From a bacterium (GTDB lineage Bacteria > Patescibacteriota > Andersenbacteria > UBA10190 > CAIZMI01): DNA of 64,000 bases. The notes under the pieces were generated by a model, which ran no database searches, was not told the origin of the DNA, and worked only from the letters and a program-made list of their open reading frames with translations. The position numbers and the translations under genes were made by a program. Shown here one piece after another: positions 1 through 9,119 of the stretch. The stretch spans positions 3,878 through 67,877 of the forward strand of contig JAUSJG010000024.1 in the NCBI GenBank assembly GCA_030647555.1. The letters run 5' to 3'. Position 1 is the first letter of the stretch, and every line of letters begins with the position of its first letter.

Positions 1-700
1 CAAACAGAATTACACCAACCAAACTTTCTTCAGCCAAGTAACTATCAATTTTTATTTGTGTTTGGCTAACTTCTACGGCTAAATCGTCCACAACCATTTT
101 TAAAACCGCATCAGGTACAGGGGCGTCTTCGGGAATAAGACTGGCAACAATTTTTTCCTCAGCCCCCTCAAGAAAATTGTCCCCCAAACTTAAAGACTCG
201 GTACCACTGACCACATTTTCATTAAATTCGGCCTGTATCGCATCCGCACTAGCCAACATTGTTCTCAAAATTCCATCAGTAAGCTTAATCGGTCTTCCAC
301 CGCGCATATAATCCCGACCCACAATCTCGGCAGCAAATACTAAATCATTCTGCCAGCTATTTAACAACTTTTGGGCTATTTCATTCGTTATCGTCCCCTG
401 TGAATTTAAAAATTGCAGTTCAGCGACCCGCTCGGCCGCGCTTTCCAAAAATACTTCCGCTCGAAAAGAGCCAATCCCGAAAGTAAAAACATTCTTTTGC
501 ACCCATTCATCAAAATTGTCAAGAAAATAAAAAGGACTTGTCGGCAGAACACCGGCATCGATGGTTAAGATTGGCGAACCAATTATTGTTGTTACGGCCA
601 CACCTGTTTGCGCAAAAGCTTGCGAACAAGAAAACAAAACCAGCAACAAAAACATTATCGGCAAAAATAACGTCTTTATTGTTTTTCTCATCAAATACAT
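1..700 (-). CDS. DUF5667-like secreted helical protein, runs off the left edge
   Basis: Not in the ORF track. Manual translation from ATG at 700 gives MYLMRKTIKTLFLPIMFLLLVLFSCSQAFAQ (signal peptide), then DAGVLPTSPFYFLDNFDEW...ESAAERVAELQ, matching the G(I/V)LPxSPFYFL...ERxAE pattern of DUF5667. Confidence 0.7.
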   Translation of the reverse strand, partial: MYLMRKTIKTLFLPIMFLLLVLFSCSQAFAQTGVAVTTIIGSPILTIDAGVLPTSPFYFLDNFDEWVQKNVFTFGIGSFRAEVFLESAAERVAELQFLNSQGTITNEIAQKLLNSWQNDLVFAAEIVGRDYMRGGRPIKLTDGILRTMLASADAIQAEFNENVVSGTESLSLGDNFLEGAEEKIVASLIPEDAPVPDAVLKMVVDDLAVEVSQTQIKIDSYLAEESLVGVILF

Positions 701-740
701 TTTTGTTTTATTTAGCTAATTCTACCACACACCAATAATA

Positions 741-1385
741 CTATCCCAAATTAAAAGTACCGGAAATTATTGCGTCAGCGATTACTTTACCCCACCCCTC
801 CATACGATCTCGAAGTTCCGGAAGTTCAACGGGCGTTAAAAATTTACACTGATCATATTCATCATTATTGGGTGCCAGACTCACTTTGTCCGCCCGAACA
901 AGAACCTTATAAATTAAACCCAAATGAACGCGATCAAGCGCCGTTTCTTCGTACATCACAATTCCTGTCGGCACAGGCTTCGGAGAAACTTGAAAAGACA
1001 ACTCTTCGGAAAATTCACGCAAAATCTCATTATTAAAATACTGTTGATCACCAAAACAATCAGTTGGCTCTAAGTGTCCACCGGCCGCCAGACCGATTTT
1101 ATTATTATGGCGCGTCTCTTTAAATTCTCCATTCACACTTTGACGCTCTTTCCGCCAGAGTCCCAAAATACGACTGCCATCGGAAACCACCCCATATACT
1201 ATTGCCTGCAAAATCGTTTCGTCGTCTTCAACATCTTCTCGGGAAAGAAATTTCCCATTTTCACTGAAACACTTCGTGGCTTTACTGAAATAATCAGCGT
1301 TTACGGAAAACCCCTTAGGAATATTGCCCCCAAACACTTCTTCTAATTCCTTCCGCTTAATACATAGAACCAGTTTTTTTGACAT
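741..1385 (-). CDS. Predicted NUDIX-family phosphoesterase (COG4112-like)
   Basis: E.RH..KIGLAAGGHLE, REFSEEL and RVHLGLIY motifs, C-terminal MEGWGK. Confidence 0.7.
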   Translation of the reverse strand: MSKKLVLCIKRKELEEVFGGNIPKGFSVNADYFSKATKCFSENGKFLSREDVEDDETILQAIVYGVVSDGSRILGLWRKERQSVNGEFKETRHNNKIGLAAGGHLEPTDCFGDQQYFNNEILREFSEELSFQVSPKPVPTGIVMYEETALDRVHLGLIYKVLVRADKVSLAPNNDEYDQCKFLTPVELPELRDRMEGWGKVIADAIISGTFNLG

Positions 1386-1409
1386 AGAAGTATCTTAGTA
1401 CATAATCAA

Positions 1410-1560
1410 GTCTCATAAAAGTGAAAATTTGAAATTTACAATTTTTAATTTGAAATCAATTTGAAAGATACAAATTTGAAATATCTATTACCGAGTTTTC
1501 AAATTAAAATATTAAGTTATTTCAAATTGATTAAAAATTTCAAATTTCAAATTAAAAATT
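1410..1560. repeat. AT-rich imperfect palindromic element built of TTTGAAA/TTTCAAA units
   Basis: TTTGAAA units on the left half and TTTCAAA units on the right. 1518-1560 is the exact reverse complement of 8549-8591. Confidence 0.8.
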
Positions 1561-2085
1561 TGTAGCCCCAGTTGCCACCCTCAATCTTTCCTCATACCTA
1601 ATATTCGGTTCTATCGTCATCAATACGGCCACTCCCGCTTTCAGCAATTCTTCATTCACCATTTTTCCGTCCACCCAAACATACGCCAGCGTTCTTCCGT
1701 ATTTATCGAATTCTTCCACGTCTTTTTCCAAAATTACTTTTTTTCCTAATACTAATTGCTGATTAAATTTTCGTGCCTCTATGGCTGTAATATTATAATC
1801 TGCTGTTTTCTTGTTTTCACCCGACCCTAACTCCGGAGTATCGATTCCGATATAACGCACATGTCGTCCATCTTGCAGAATAATCGTATCACCATCAATT
1901 ACGTATGTTGCTAAGACTTCCTCAAAATTATTTCCTACTGCTTCCGCGCTTGGCGCAGGAGTAGTTTTTTCTTTTTGAGCAACTGGTTGGTAAATTTGGG
2001 GTTGTAATGAATTCGCCCAAACCAAACAAACAGCCAAAAACACCGCAACGACCATCACGACTAACCAATACTGATACTTACGCAT
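1552..2085 (-). CDS. Thermonuclease (SNase/micrococcal nuclease-like) with N-terminal membrane anchor
   Basis: VIDGDTI, VRYIGIDTPE, DKYGRTLAYV and VNEELLKAG motifs. Confidence 0.92.
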   Translation of the reverse strand: MRKYQYWLVVMVVAVFLAVCLVWANSLQPQIYQPVAQKEKTTPAPSAEAVGNNFEEVLATYVIDGDTIILQDGRHVRYIGIDTPELGSGENKKTADYNITAIEARKFNQQLVLGKKVILEKDVEEFDKYGRTLAYVWVDGKMVNEELLKAGVAVLMTIEPNIRYEERLRVATGATNF

Positions 2086-2092
2086 AATTTAT

Positions 2093-3103
2093 TTATTTAA
2101 GTGAGGCGATAACTTTTTTCAGTGATCCGCGTGCCAACCCAACAACTTTATCCGCCCCACCGTAATACATTAACAATTCGTCGCCACGCAACACTAGACC
2201 TTCCGGAAAAACAACACGCGGCACAATTCCTTCTTTTTCATATTTCTCCACCGGTTCAAAGGAGGGTTCAAAACTCCGACCCAAAACGCGCGATAGGTCT
2301 TTAAAATCCAAAAGCAAAAAACCCGCGCGGTAAACATTGTGGTGATCCGATCCATGATACAACACCAACCAACCTACATCTGTTTTTATCGGTGGCGCGC
2401 CGGTACCAATCCGGCGTTCATCCCAAAGCCCCGGTCGCGTATGTGTCACTTTTTCGTGCCCGTCCCAATCAACCAAATCATCCGAATAGGCCACCCAAAT
2501 ATCCGGTGGCAAGCGATGCAAAATCGCAAACTTGCCATTTACTTTCTCCGGAAAAAGAACGGCGTCTTTATTATCCATCTCCGGCAAAATCACCCCATGC
2601 CTCGAAAAACTTTTAAAATCTTTAGTTACCGCCAGCGAAACACGTACCCGCCACGGCTGATCCGGACCAAGCCATGGAGGCAATGGTTCGCCAATCTTAT
2701 ATTTGGATGCCGCGGTGTAGGTCATATAAAATTGCCCGTCCACACAAGATAAACGAGGGTCTTCAACACCTTTTTCTTCAAACTCATTATTTTCATCAGA
2801 TTCAAAAATTGGTTCCGTTGATCGATAATCGATGTGTTCACCGTTTTTTGTCCGAGCATAACCAAACCTACTAATGCCATCTTTGCCAATTGCGCGATAA
2901 ACAAGATGAATTATCCCGTCTTTATCTTCGGCCGCCGCAGGATTAAACACCGCTTCCGACTCCCACCAAAGATCCGTGGGCTTTAAAATTGGATTTGAAT
3001 TGGCACGCGTAAACAGGTCCGTCGCCTTCGACGAAAACGACTTAAATAAAATTCGCGCTGACCCAGTTTTTTTATCTGTTTTAAAGTTCGTAGTTTCTTC
3101 CAT
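2093..3103 (-). CDS. Glycoside hydrolase family 130-like glycosidase/phosphorylase
   Basis: AVFNPAA, GVEDPRL, NKDAVLFPEK, GAPPIKTDVGWLVLYHG and VVFPEG motifs. Confidence 0.88.
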   Translation of the reverse strand: MEETTNFKTDKKTGSARILFKSFSSKATDLFTRANSNPILKPTDLWWESEAVFNPAAAEDKDGIIHLVYRAIGKDGISRFGYARTKNGEHIDYRSTEPIFESDENNEFEEKGVEDPRLSCVDGQFYMTYTAASKYKIGEPLPPWLGPDQPWRVRVSLAVTKDFKSFSRHGVILPEMDNKDAVLFPEKVNGKFAILHRLPPDIWVAYSDDLVDWDGHEKVTHTRPGLWDERRIGTGAPPIKTDVGWLVLYHGSDHHNVYRAGFLLLDFKDLSRVLGRSFEPSFEPVEKYEKEGIVPRVVFPEGLVLRGDELLMYYGGADKVVGLARGSLKKVIASLK

Positions 3104-3174
3104 TTACATCTTCAGGATGCCACAAAAATAGTATTCTGAAAAACACGACATTACTACCTTGCTGTTACACAAAC

Positions 3175-3203
3175 TTGACAAATAAATGTGCCTAGTGTAT
3201 AAG
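3175..3203 (+). promoter_or_regulatory. Sigma70-type promoter for the 3237 gene
   Basis: TTGACA-17 nt-TATAAG. Confidence 0.5.
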
Positions 3204-3236
3204 AACTCCTTAATATATTTTTATTAAACCATCGGC

Positions 3237-4676
3237 ATGAAAACATTACAGATGAAGAAATTGGAACAAAGCAAGAATCTACTTATTAGTGGGGCGTTTT
3301 CCATTATTTTGGCGTTATTTGCCTTTGGAGCAAAAGCAAATAACTGCACGGAAAACGTACTAAGCATCGAAAATGTTCTCAATGGGGTGCAAAACAATCA
3401 AATAAGCATTTCCTTAACACCGAACCTCGGCGAAAACACTGCTACTGCGGTAATCTCGAATCGTGCTTGTGGCACAATACCGGTTAGTCTTTCCTCTTAT
3501 ACGATGATTGAGCCATACACTACGCGTGTTTCAACACAAGTATTCTTTGCCGGATCGGCATTAACAAACGTCCTTCCGGGCGAAACAAAATCACTTACAG
3601 TTGCGATAGCGAATTGTGCCACGCAAGTTGATTTCTGGTACGGACAATTTCCAACCCATTTACAGGATAATCATTCTTACGCCGATGTGTACCTTGCGGC
3701 TATTTTGCCCCGATCTGGCAACTGGTGTCCCGTCGCTACTCCAACACCGACGCCAACACCCGTTCCCGCGGCCAAACAATGTGCCAACGGTATCGATGAC
3801 GATGGTGACGGAAAAATAGATGTTGCTGATTCAAGTTGTCATACCGATTTCAATCCGGCCAACCCTGGGAGTTATGATCCAACTATCAACGACGAAGGTC
3901 GTGGTGGTAATGGCACTTGTAACGATTCCCGTGATAATAACGGCAATGGTTTAATTGATGGTGCTGACCCAATTTGTCACACGGATGGCAACGTGGGTAA
4001 CCCAAATTCATACGATGGAAATCGTAATGAAACAGGAACAACCGTAACTCCAACTTCTACTCCTACTCCAACTTCTACTCCTACTCCAGCAAACAACGTT
4101 ACAACAGTTACCGATCAAAAAATTACGGTTGTTGTCGCTGCGGATTCTTCCAAGAATGCAAAAGATAATATCGAATTTTCGAAAACTGATGATCGCGAAA
4201 CGGTTAAACAAGGAGAAACTTTAACCTACAAACTCCGTGTTCGAAACAACAGGGACAACGACATTACAAATGTAAAAATTGTTGATCGCTTACCAAGCTA
4301 CCTCATTCCATTTGCCACACAACCAACCGCACGCGCCGACGCAAAAAGCAGAACCATTACTTGGGACAACCAAACAATTTCCGCTAATTCCGAAGTAACA
4401 TTCTCATTACGTGTAAGAGTCGACTTGGATGCCCCGAACGGCTATTTGATTCAAAATTCCGCCATTGTTAACGGTGACGGGATAAGAGGTAACGCGACCG
4501 ATGCCACATTGATTCAAGGTATCGCCCCGCAAATTGCCAGCGCTTCAATCGCCCCAATCACGGCCGTACCGGTCACAGCCAAAACGGGATTACCTTTTGA
4601 TACATTTTCAATGTTACTCTCGTTGTCTGGAAGTCTAGCTACAGCCGGAACGCTAATAACAAAACGCTTTATCTAA
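3237..4676 (+). CDS. Secreted surface protein: variable head, PT linker, two Ca-binding-like CxxxxDxxGxGxIDxADxxC repeats, DUF11 domain, putative sortase signal
   Basis: Signal peptide; CANGIDDDGDGKIDVADSSC and CNDSRDNNGNGLIDGADPIC; KTDDRETVKQGETLTYKL..N...NVKIVDRLP (DUF11); VPVTAKTG followed by a hydrophobic stretch and KRFI. Confidence 0.8.
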   Translation: MKTLQMKKLEQSKNLLISGAFSIILALFAFGAKANNCTENVLSIENVLNGVQNNQISISLTPNLGENTATAVISNRACGTIPVSLSSYTMIEPYTTRVSTQVFFAGSALTNVLPGETKSLTVAIANCATQVDFWYGQFPTHLQDNHSYADVYLAAILPRSGNWCPVATPTPTPTPVPAAKQCANGIDDDGDGKIDVADSSCHTDFNPANPGSYDPTINDEGRGGNGTCNDSRDNNGNGLIDGADPICHTDGNVGNPNSYDGNRNETGTTVTPTSTPTPTSTPTPANNVTTVTDQKITVVVAADSSKNAKDNIEFSKTDDRETVKQGETLTYKLRVRNNRDNDITNVKIVDRLPSYLIPFATQPTARADAKSRTITWDNQTISANSEVTFSLRVRVDLDAPNGYLIQNSAIVNGDGIRGNATDATLIQGIAPQIASASIAPITAVPVTAKTGLPFDTFSMLLSLSGSLATAGTLITKRFI

Positions 4677-4691
4677 ACGTCAGATTCAAAA

Positions 4692-4722
4692 AAAAGCACC
4701 GTCCGACAAAGGCGGTGCTTTT
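4692..4722 (+). terminator. Intrinsic terminator, probably bidirectional
   Basis: AAAAGCACCGTC-loop-GGCGGTGCTTTT. Confidence 0.75.
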
Positions 4723-4784
4723 GTGTTATGGAGAAAGAGAAATGACTTTTTTTTCACATATAATAAACTCCAAATATGGCTTCA

Positions 4785-4813
4785 TTGACATTTATTTGGT
4801 TTTGGTGTAGAAT
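4785..4813 (+). promoter_or_regulatory. Sigma70 promoter giving a near-leaderless sortase mRNA
   Basis: TTGACA-17 nt-TAGAAT, 8 nt before the ATG at 4822, with no Shine-Dalgarno sequence. Confidence 0.7.
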
Positions 4814-4821
4814 AACCCCTT

Positions 4822-5559
4822 ATGTTTTCTACATCAGCAACCCTAATTCACGAAGAAAGAGGGCCGGTAGTCTCGGCAAACCTTTTTTTGACGATCTTGC
4901 CCATCATTCTTTTTGTGGCGTTTATTGCCGGTGCCACCACCTTTTTGTTTGGTCAAGACCCGCCCGCCACGACGAACGAAAGACACGCAAAACTCCCGGT
5001 TGCGGGCGATCGCTTTATCACCGGCAGTCAGTTGAAAGCGGTAGCCGGCATACCATTAGTCGCTTATGCCGCAAAACCGACTAATCCTCTCACAGCGGTC
5101 AGAACCGCTGAAGATGGTAATTGGGTGAGAATTCCCGCTCTGAAAGTAAACGTTCCCGTGTCTGAAGCCATGTCCATGCAAGACAAAGACGTTCTGAATA
5201 CGCTCGCCACCGGTGTTGCCATGTATCCCAACGGCGTTCATCCCGGGGAAAACGGCAATGTGTTTATCGCGGGCCACAGTACCGGCGAACCATGGAAGGG
5301 GCCGTACCGTTTTGCATTTATGAATATTAACAAACTTAAACCTGACGATACAATTCTCATCGATTATAACGGCAATCGTTACACTTACGTGATTACCGAC
5401 TCGCGCATAATTAATCCCCAGGATACGCGTTTCATCGAATCAACAGGATCCGCGCCCACTCTTTCCCTAATGGCCTGCTGGCCACTTTGGACCGCAAAAA
5501 ATAGAATGATCATCGAATCGAAACTTGTGACAATTAACCCATTAATTATTATTAAATAA
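4822..5559 (+). CDS. Sortase (class D/E-like)
   Basis: N-terminal TM helix; PGENGNVFIAGHS (His), LSLMACWP (Cys) and KNR (Arg) catalytic triad. Confidence 0.92.
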   Translation: MFSTSATLIHEERGPVVSANLFLTILPIILFVAFIAGATTFLFGQDPPATTNERHAKLPVAGDRFITGSQLKAVAGIPLVAYAAKPTNPLTAVRTAEDGNWVRIPALKVNVPVSEAMSMQDKDVLNTLATGVAMYPNGVHPGENGNVFIAGHSTGEPWKGPYRFAFMNINKLKPDDTILIDYNGNRYTYVITDSRIINPQDTRFIESTGSAPTLSLMACWPLWTAKNRMIIESKLVTINPLIIIK

Positions 5560-5563
5560 TAAT

Positions 5564-6886
5564 ATGACAATTATTCAAAAAACTTTAACCGGCCTTTTTG
5601 TACTTATGTTGCTTTTTGATACTGCACCTGCTTTTGCGCAAAGCCCGGATCCATTTGGCAATCGCGCCCAGGCCGATACTTCTATTTCCTATAGCCCCCC
5701 GGCTATTTATGTGACAAAAATAAACCTAGAGCCAATATCCGCTACCAATGAAATTAAAGGGAAGTTTATGGTATGGAACAACGACAAAGAAACGATCGGC
5801 GGACTGCTTTATCGCATCGACTTACTTGATCCGCTTCCGGAACCCGATCCCAACACCGGCAGTGTGGAAGATAATTCAGCACTTTATGACCGTTTTGTTT
5901 CAAGCGACCAATTTTCGCTTTCGCCAAACGAACGAAAAGAAATCGCTTTCTCCTACAATCCGCCGGCATTACCGGAAGGAAAATATCGCATTCAAATTAC
6001 CGCCACCAATTCCCGTGGTCGCGATATGGGCTGGTGGAACGAGGACGTTTCTCTGTCCAGTCAAAAAACGGGTTTTATTAAATTAGTTACGGGTCCATTG
6101 CTTTCGCCGGAATATCCTGACCGAAAATTCCCCTCACAAGCCGGACCAAATATTACGCCCGGAAAGTATATCAATCTAAATGTTTCCGCGCTAAATAATT
6201 TCGAAACGCCGGCAAATATTATTCCTGTCCTCTATATTTATGAGTTCGATATCGCGCGCGGTCTATTTGATAAAATTAAAATTCCTGCGGTAAAAATTCC
6301 TGCCGGCGATGCAAAAAATATCAGCTTTCCTTTACAAGTTGCATCCAAACCAGGTGTTTATTACGGCCTCCTGACACTTGAAGATTTCACTTCGAATCAA
6401 AAAGTATCTAATCTCGCCGAATACCGCTGGGTGGTAAAAGGCGAACACGCGGAAGTAATTTCGATGCGAATAATTAAAAACGCGACAAAAAAAGACCAAG
6501 AAATGATGGTGCGTGTCGATTTGGTAGGATCAGCCGATGCTTTTACAAAAACAAAAGTTGATCTGAATGTTGCCATCAAAGACAGCGATGGAATTGTCGG
6601 CAACATCGACGTCAAAAGCGCGGAACTGACGGATGGCGTCGCCACGACGCAAGGCCCAATTAAACTAACGCGCGATCTTAAGAATAACTCTGAAATTATT
6701 GCGACCATCAAAGATCAAAAAGGAAATCAAATTGATCAATATATTATTCCATTGACTGAAAATTCGACTCCCACAATACCACCAAAGTCTTACAAATCAA
6801 TACAGATCGGGGTCGCAATAATTCTATTGGCTGGAGCGGGATTATATGGCATAAAAAACATTTTCAAGAAAATAAAAAAGATGTAA
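5564..6886 (+). CDS. Secreted beta-sandwich protein with C-terminal TM anchor, function unknown
   Basis: Signal peptide ending AFA-Q, beta-rich repeats, C-terminal hydrophobic helix and Lys-rich tail; starts 4 nt after the sortase. Confidence 0.7.
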   Translation: MTIIQKTLTGLFVLMLLFDTAPAFAQSPDPFGNRAQADTSISYSPPAIYVTKINLEPISATNEIKGKFMVWNNDKETIGGLLYRIDLLDPLPEPDPNTGSVEDNSALYDRFVSSDQFSLSPNERKEIAFSYNPPALPEGKYRIQITATNSRGRDMGWWNEDVSLSSQKTGFIKLVTGPLLSPEYPDRKFPSQAGPNITPGKYINLNVSALNNFETPANIIPVLYIYEFDIARGLFDKIKIPAVKIPAGDAKNISFPLQVASKPGVYYGLLTLEDFTSNQKVSNLAEYRWVVKGEHAEVISMRIIKNATKKDQEMMVRVDLVGSADAFTKTKVDLNVAIKDSDGIVGNIDVKSAELTDGVATTQGPIKLTRDLKNNSEIIATIKDQKGNQIDQYIIPLTENSTPTIPPKSYKSIQIGVAIILLAGAGLYGIKNIFKKIKKM

Positions 6887-6999
6887 TAAATATTTTAAAT
6901 CGAGTTGACATAAATATCTAATTGTTGTCTGACATAAACATACCATTGACAAAAATAACCATATAAACTATGTTTATCCGTTAACTAATAATTATCTAT

Positions 7000-8436
7000 A
7001 TGACCGATTTAATCAAAGGACGGTTGCAAAAAACAGTACTGGTCGCAGGAATATTGCTTTTTGTAATCGGACTCGTCTCGTTTAACATTAATAACGCGAA
7101 TGCCGCCGGTAGCGGTAATGGCATTGAAGTGCTTTCCCCTGTTACCGCAGGTGCTGTGCGTAGCAATTTTTGGAATTTTGTTGGTAACGCCCAACCGGTA
7201 GTACAAGTTTTTGTAAACCAACCGACGCATAACGCGCCGGCCGGCACTTACGAAAAGACCAATGTTCCCTACGCTTATCGCGTGGACTGGATCGCTTGCG
7301 CCAACAAATTTGCCGTCGCGCGTGCGATTGTCCGTTATGACAAAAATGGTGGCCGTCAATCGACATTACAAGGCGAAAACAGTAATTGGCAGGTACTCGA
7401 AGACAATGTGATCAATGATGTAAATTGTGGTGGTTACGCTTGTATTGCAACACGCAGTTTCTCGGGCAACTATAATCTCTCCGGGTTAGACGCAAGCGCC
7501 TGTAATACTACGATCCAATTCGTCGTCAAATGGAATTGGTCCGAATGCGGATTACGCGGCGACTACACACCGACCAGTTCTGTCGATGCCGGTGATGCCC
7601 TCATCGCGAAAGGTCAAGCGCACGCGGTCAACGTTTGGGTGAACTTTGTTTGCCCAACGCCAACGCCTGTCCCGACGCCTACACCTACGCCAACGCCGGT
7701 TCCTACACCTACTCCAACACCTACACCAACACCTACGCCTACGCCTACACCAACACCTACGCCTACGCCTACGCCTACGCCTACGCCTACGCCTACGCCG
7801 GTTCCTCCAACCCCAACTCCTACGCCGGTCCCACCGACACCAATGCCACAAAACAATGTGCAAGTGGTAACGGAACAAAAGATCGTTGTCGTTGTCGCTG
7901 ATACGAAGAAAGAAAATAAGAACAATATTGAGCTTTCCAAGACGGATAATCGCGAAACGATTAAGCAAGGTGAAACTTCGACCTACAAAATCTCGGTGCG
8001 TAACAATCGCGATTCCGATATCACAAATGCTAAAATTGTTGACCGACTTCCATCTTATCTGATTCCCTTGTCCACAAAACCAAATGCTTCCACGAACGAA
8101 TCAAATCGTACCATCACTTGGGACCACCAAACGATTTCCGCAAACTCTGAAGTAACCTACGCGGTAAAAGTCCGAGTCGCGCTCGACGCTCCAAAAGGTT
8201 ACCTTCTGCAAAACGTCGTTATCATCAATGGCGATGGCATTCGCGCCACTGCGGTTGACACAACCCTCATTGAGGGAATTGTGCCCCAAATCGCCGCCGC
8301 GACGATTACGGCGCCAATACCGGTACCGGTCAGTGCGAAAACAGGACTACCGTTCGACACAATTTCAATGCTTCTTTCCTTCTCCGGTTCAGTCGCAACA
8401 GCGGGAACACTGATCACGAAGAAACTGATTAAGTAA
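7000..8436 (+). CDS. Secreted surface protein, paralog of 3237..4676: different head, long PT linker, DUF11, putative sortase signal
   Basis: C-terminal ~200 aa align with the 3237 gene; ends VPVSAKTGLPF...KKLIK. Confidence 0.82.
   Translation: MTDLIKGRLQKTVLVAGILLFVIGLVSFNINNANAAGSGNGIEVLSPVTAGAVRSNFWNFVGNAQPVVQVFVNQPTHNAPAGTYEKTNVPYAYRVDWIACANKFAVARAIVRYDKNGGRQSTLQGENSNWQVLEDNVINDVNCGGYACIATRSFSGNYNLSGLDASACNTTIQFVVKWNWSECGLRGDYTPTSSVDAGDALIAKGQAHAVNVWVNFVCPTPTPVPTPTPTPTPVPTPTPTPTPTPTPTPTPTPTPTPTPTPTPTPTPVPPTPTPTPVPPTPMPQNNVQVVTEQKIVVVVADTKKENKNNIELSKTDNRETIKQGETSTYKISVRNNRDSDITNAKIVDRLPSYLIPLSTKPNASTNESNRTITWDHQTISANSEVTYAVKVRVALDAPKGYLLQNVVIINGDGIRATAVDTTLIEGIVPQIAAATITAPIPVPVSAKTGLPFDTISMLLSFSGSVATAGTLITKKLIK
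7654..7846 (+). repeat. Pro-Thr coding hexamer tandem repeat (CCTACG/CCAACA)
   Basis: Direct inspection; pure CCTACG run at about 7756-7797. Confidence 0.9.
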
Positions 8437-8442
8437 TTCGTC

Positions 8443-8476
8443 GTCTTTGCGAGGCCTTTCATGGCCGAAGCAATCT
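8443..8476 (+). repeat. REP-like palindrome of the GTCxTTGCGAG...GAAGCAATC type
   Basis: GTCTTTGCGAGGCCTTTCATGGCCGAAGCAATCT. Confidence 0.55.
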
Positions 8477-8488
8477 CCCGTTTCAAAG

Positions 8489-8517
8489 AACAACCCCGCG
8501 TAAATCGGGGTTGTTTT
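8489..8517 (+). terminator. Intrinsic terminator
   Basis: AACAACCCCG-loop-CGGGGTTGTTTT. Confidence 0.7.
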
Positions 8518-8548
8518 AGTTTATGATAATTTATACTTCCTTTACGCT

Positions 8549-8685
8549 AATTTTTAATTTGAAATTTGAAATTTTTAATCAATTTGAAATATCGTAATAG
8601 CTTAATTTTAAAAACGCGGAATTATTTCAAATTTATTTATTAAAAATTGATTTCAAATTACAAATTTTAAATTTCAAATTAAAAC
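8549..8685. repeat. AT-rich palindromic element, second copy of the 1410-1560 family
   Basis: 43 bp identical in inverted orientation to 1518-1560; same TTTGAAA...TTTCAAA structure. Confidence 0.8.
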
Positions 8686-8821
8686 CATATAAATACCTTG
8701 CCGATCCTTTACTACTATTTTTACTACCAGAAACAAAGCGGGGAATGTCTATTTTGCCCGTTTCCATTGACACGCCGTGAAAGAAATCCTTGCCATATCC
8801 TGTACTACCTATAGAATTAAG

Positions 8822-9110
8822 CGCATCGTTCTTTCATTGGCGCAAATAATATTCGAATTACCGACAAAACTATTTGGGGGCGGGCTGTTGCTGGAAAAGA
8901 GATAATTAGAAACAAAGCAAGAACATCTATTTTTTAGACAGAGTGTTTTGTGTTCTAAGGGACCTCAACTTCAACAATAACCCCCGTTGCTGTACGAATT
9001 TGCGATGGTAGCTGGAGGGCTTGCGGAAAAAGATATTTTTGCGAGGGTAAATTGCTCTTTTGAGTTATATAGGCACATAAAGTCAAGGACGCTTGGCTTT
9101 TTGTGCTGTT
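8822..9110 (+). ncRNA. Candidate non-coding transcript of unknown class
   Basis: Promoter-like TTGCCA...TAGAAT just upstream, boxA-like GTTCTTTCA, imperfect stem 8876-8895/8969-8985, hairpin 9073-9106, no convincing ORF. Confidence 0.3.
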
Positions 9111-9119
9111 CGTTCTATC

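Noticed and set aside
7552-7968. Poly-Arg, Val-Gly and Tyr-Ala ORFs, and a possible CRISPR-like repeat
   Set aside because: Alternative frames of the Pro-Thr hexamer repeat; there are no unique spacers or cas genes.
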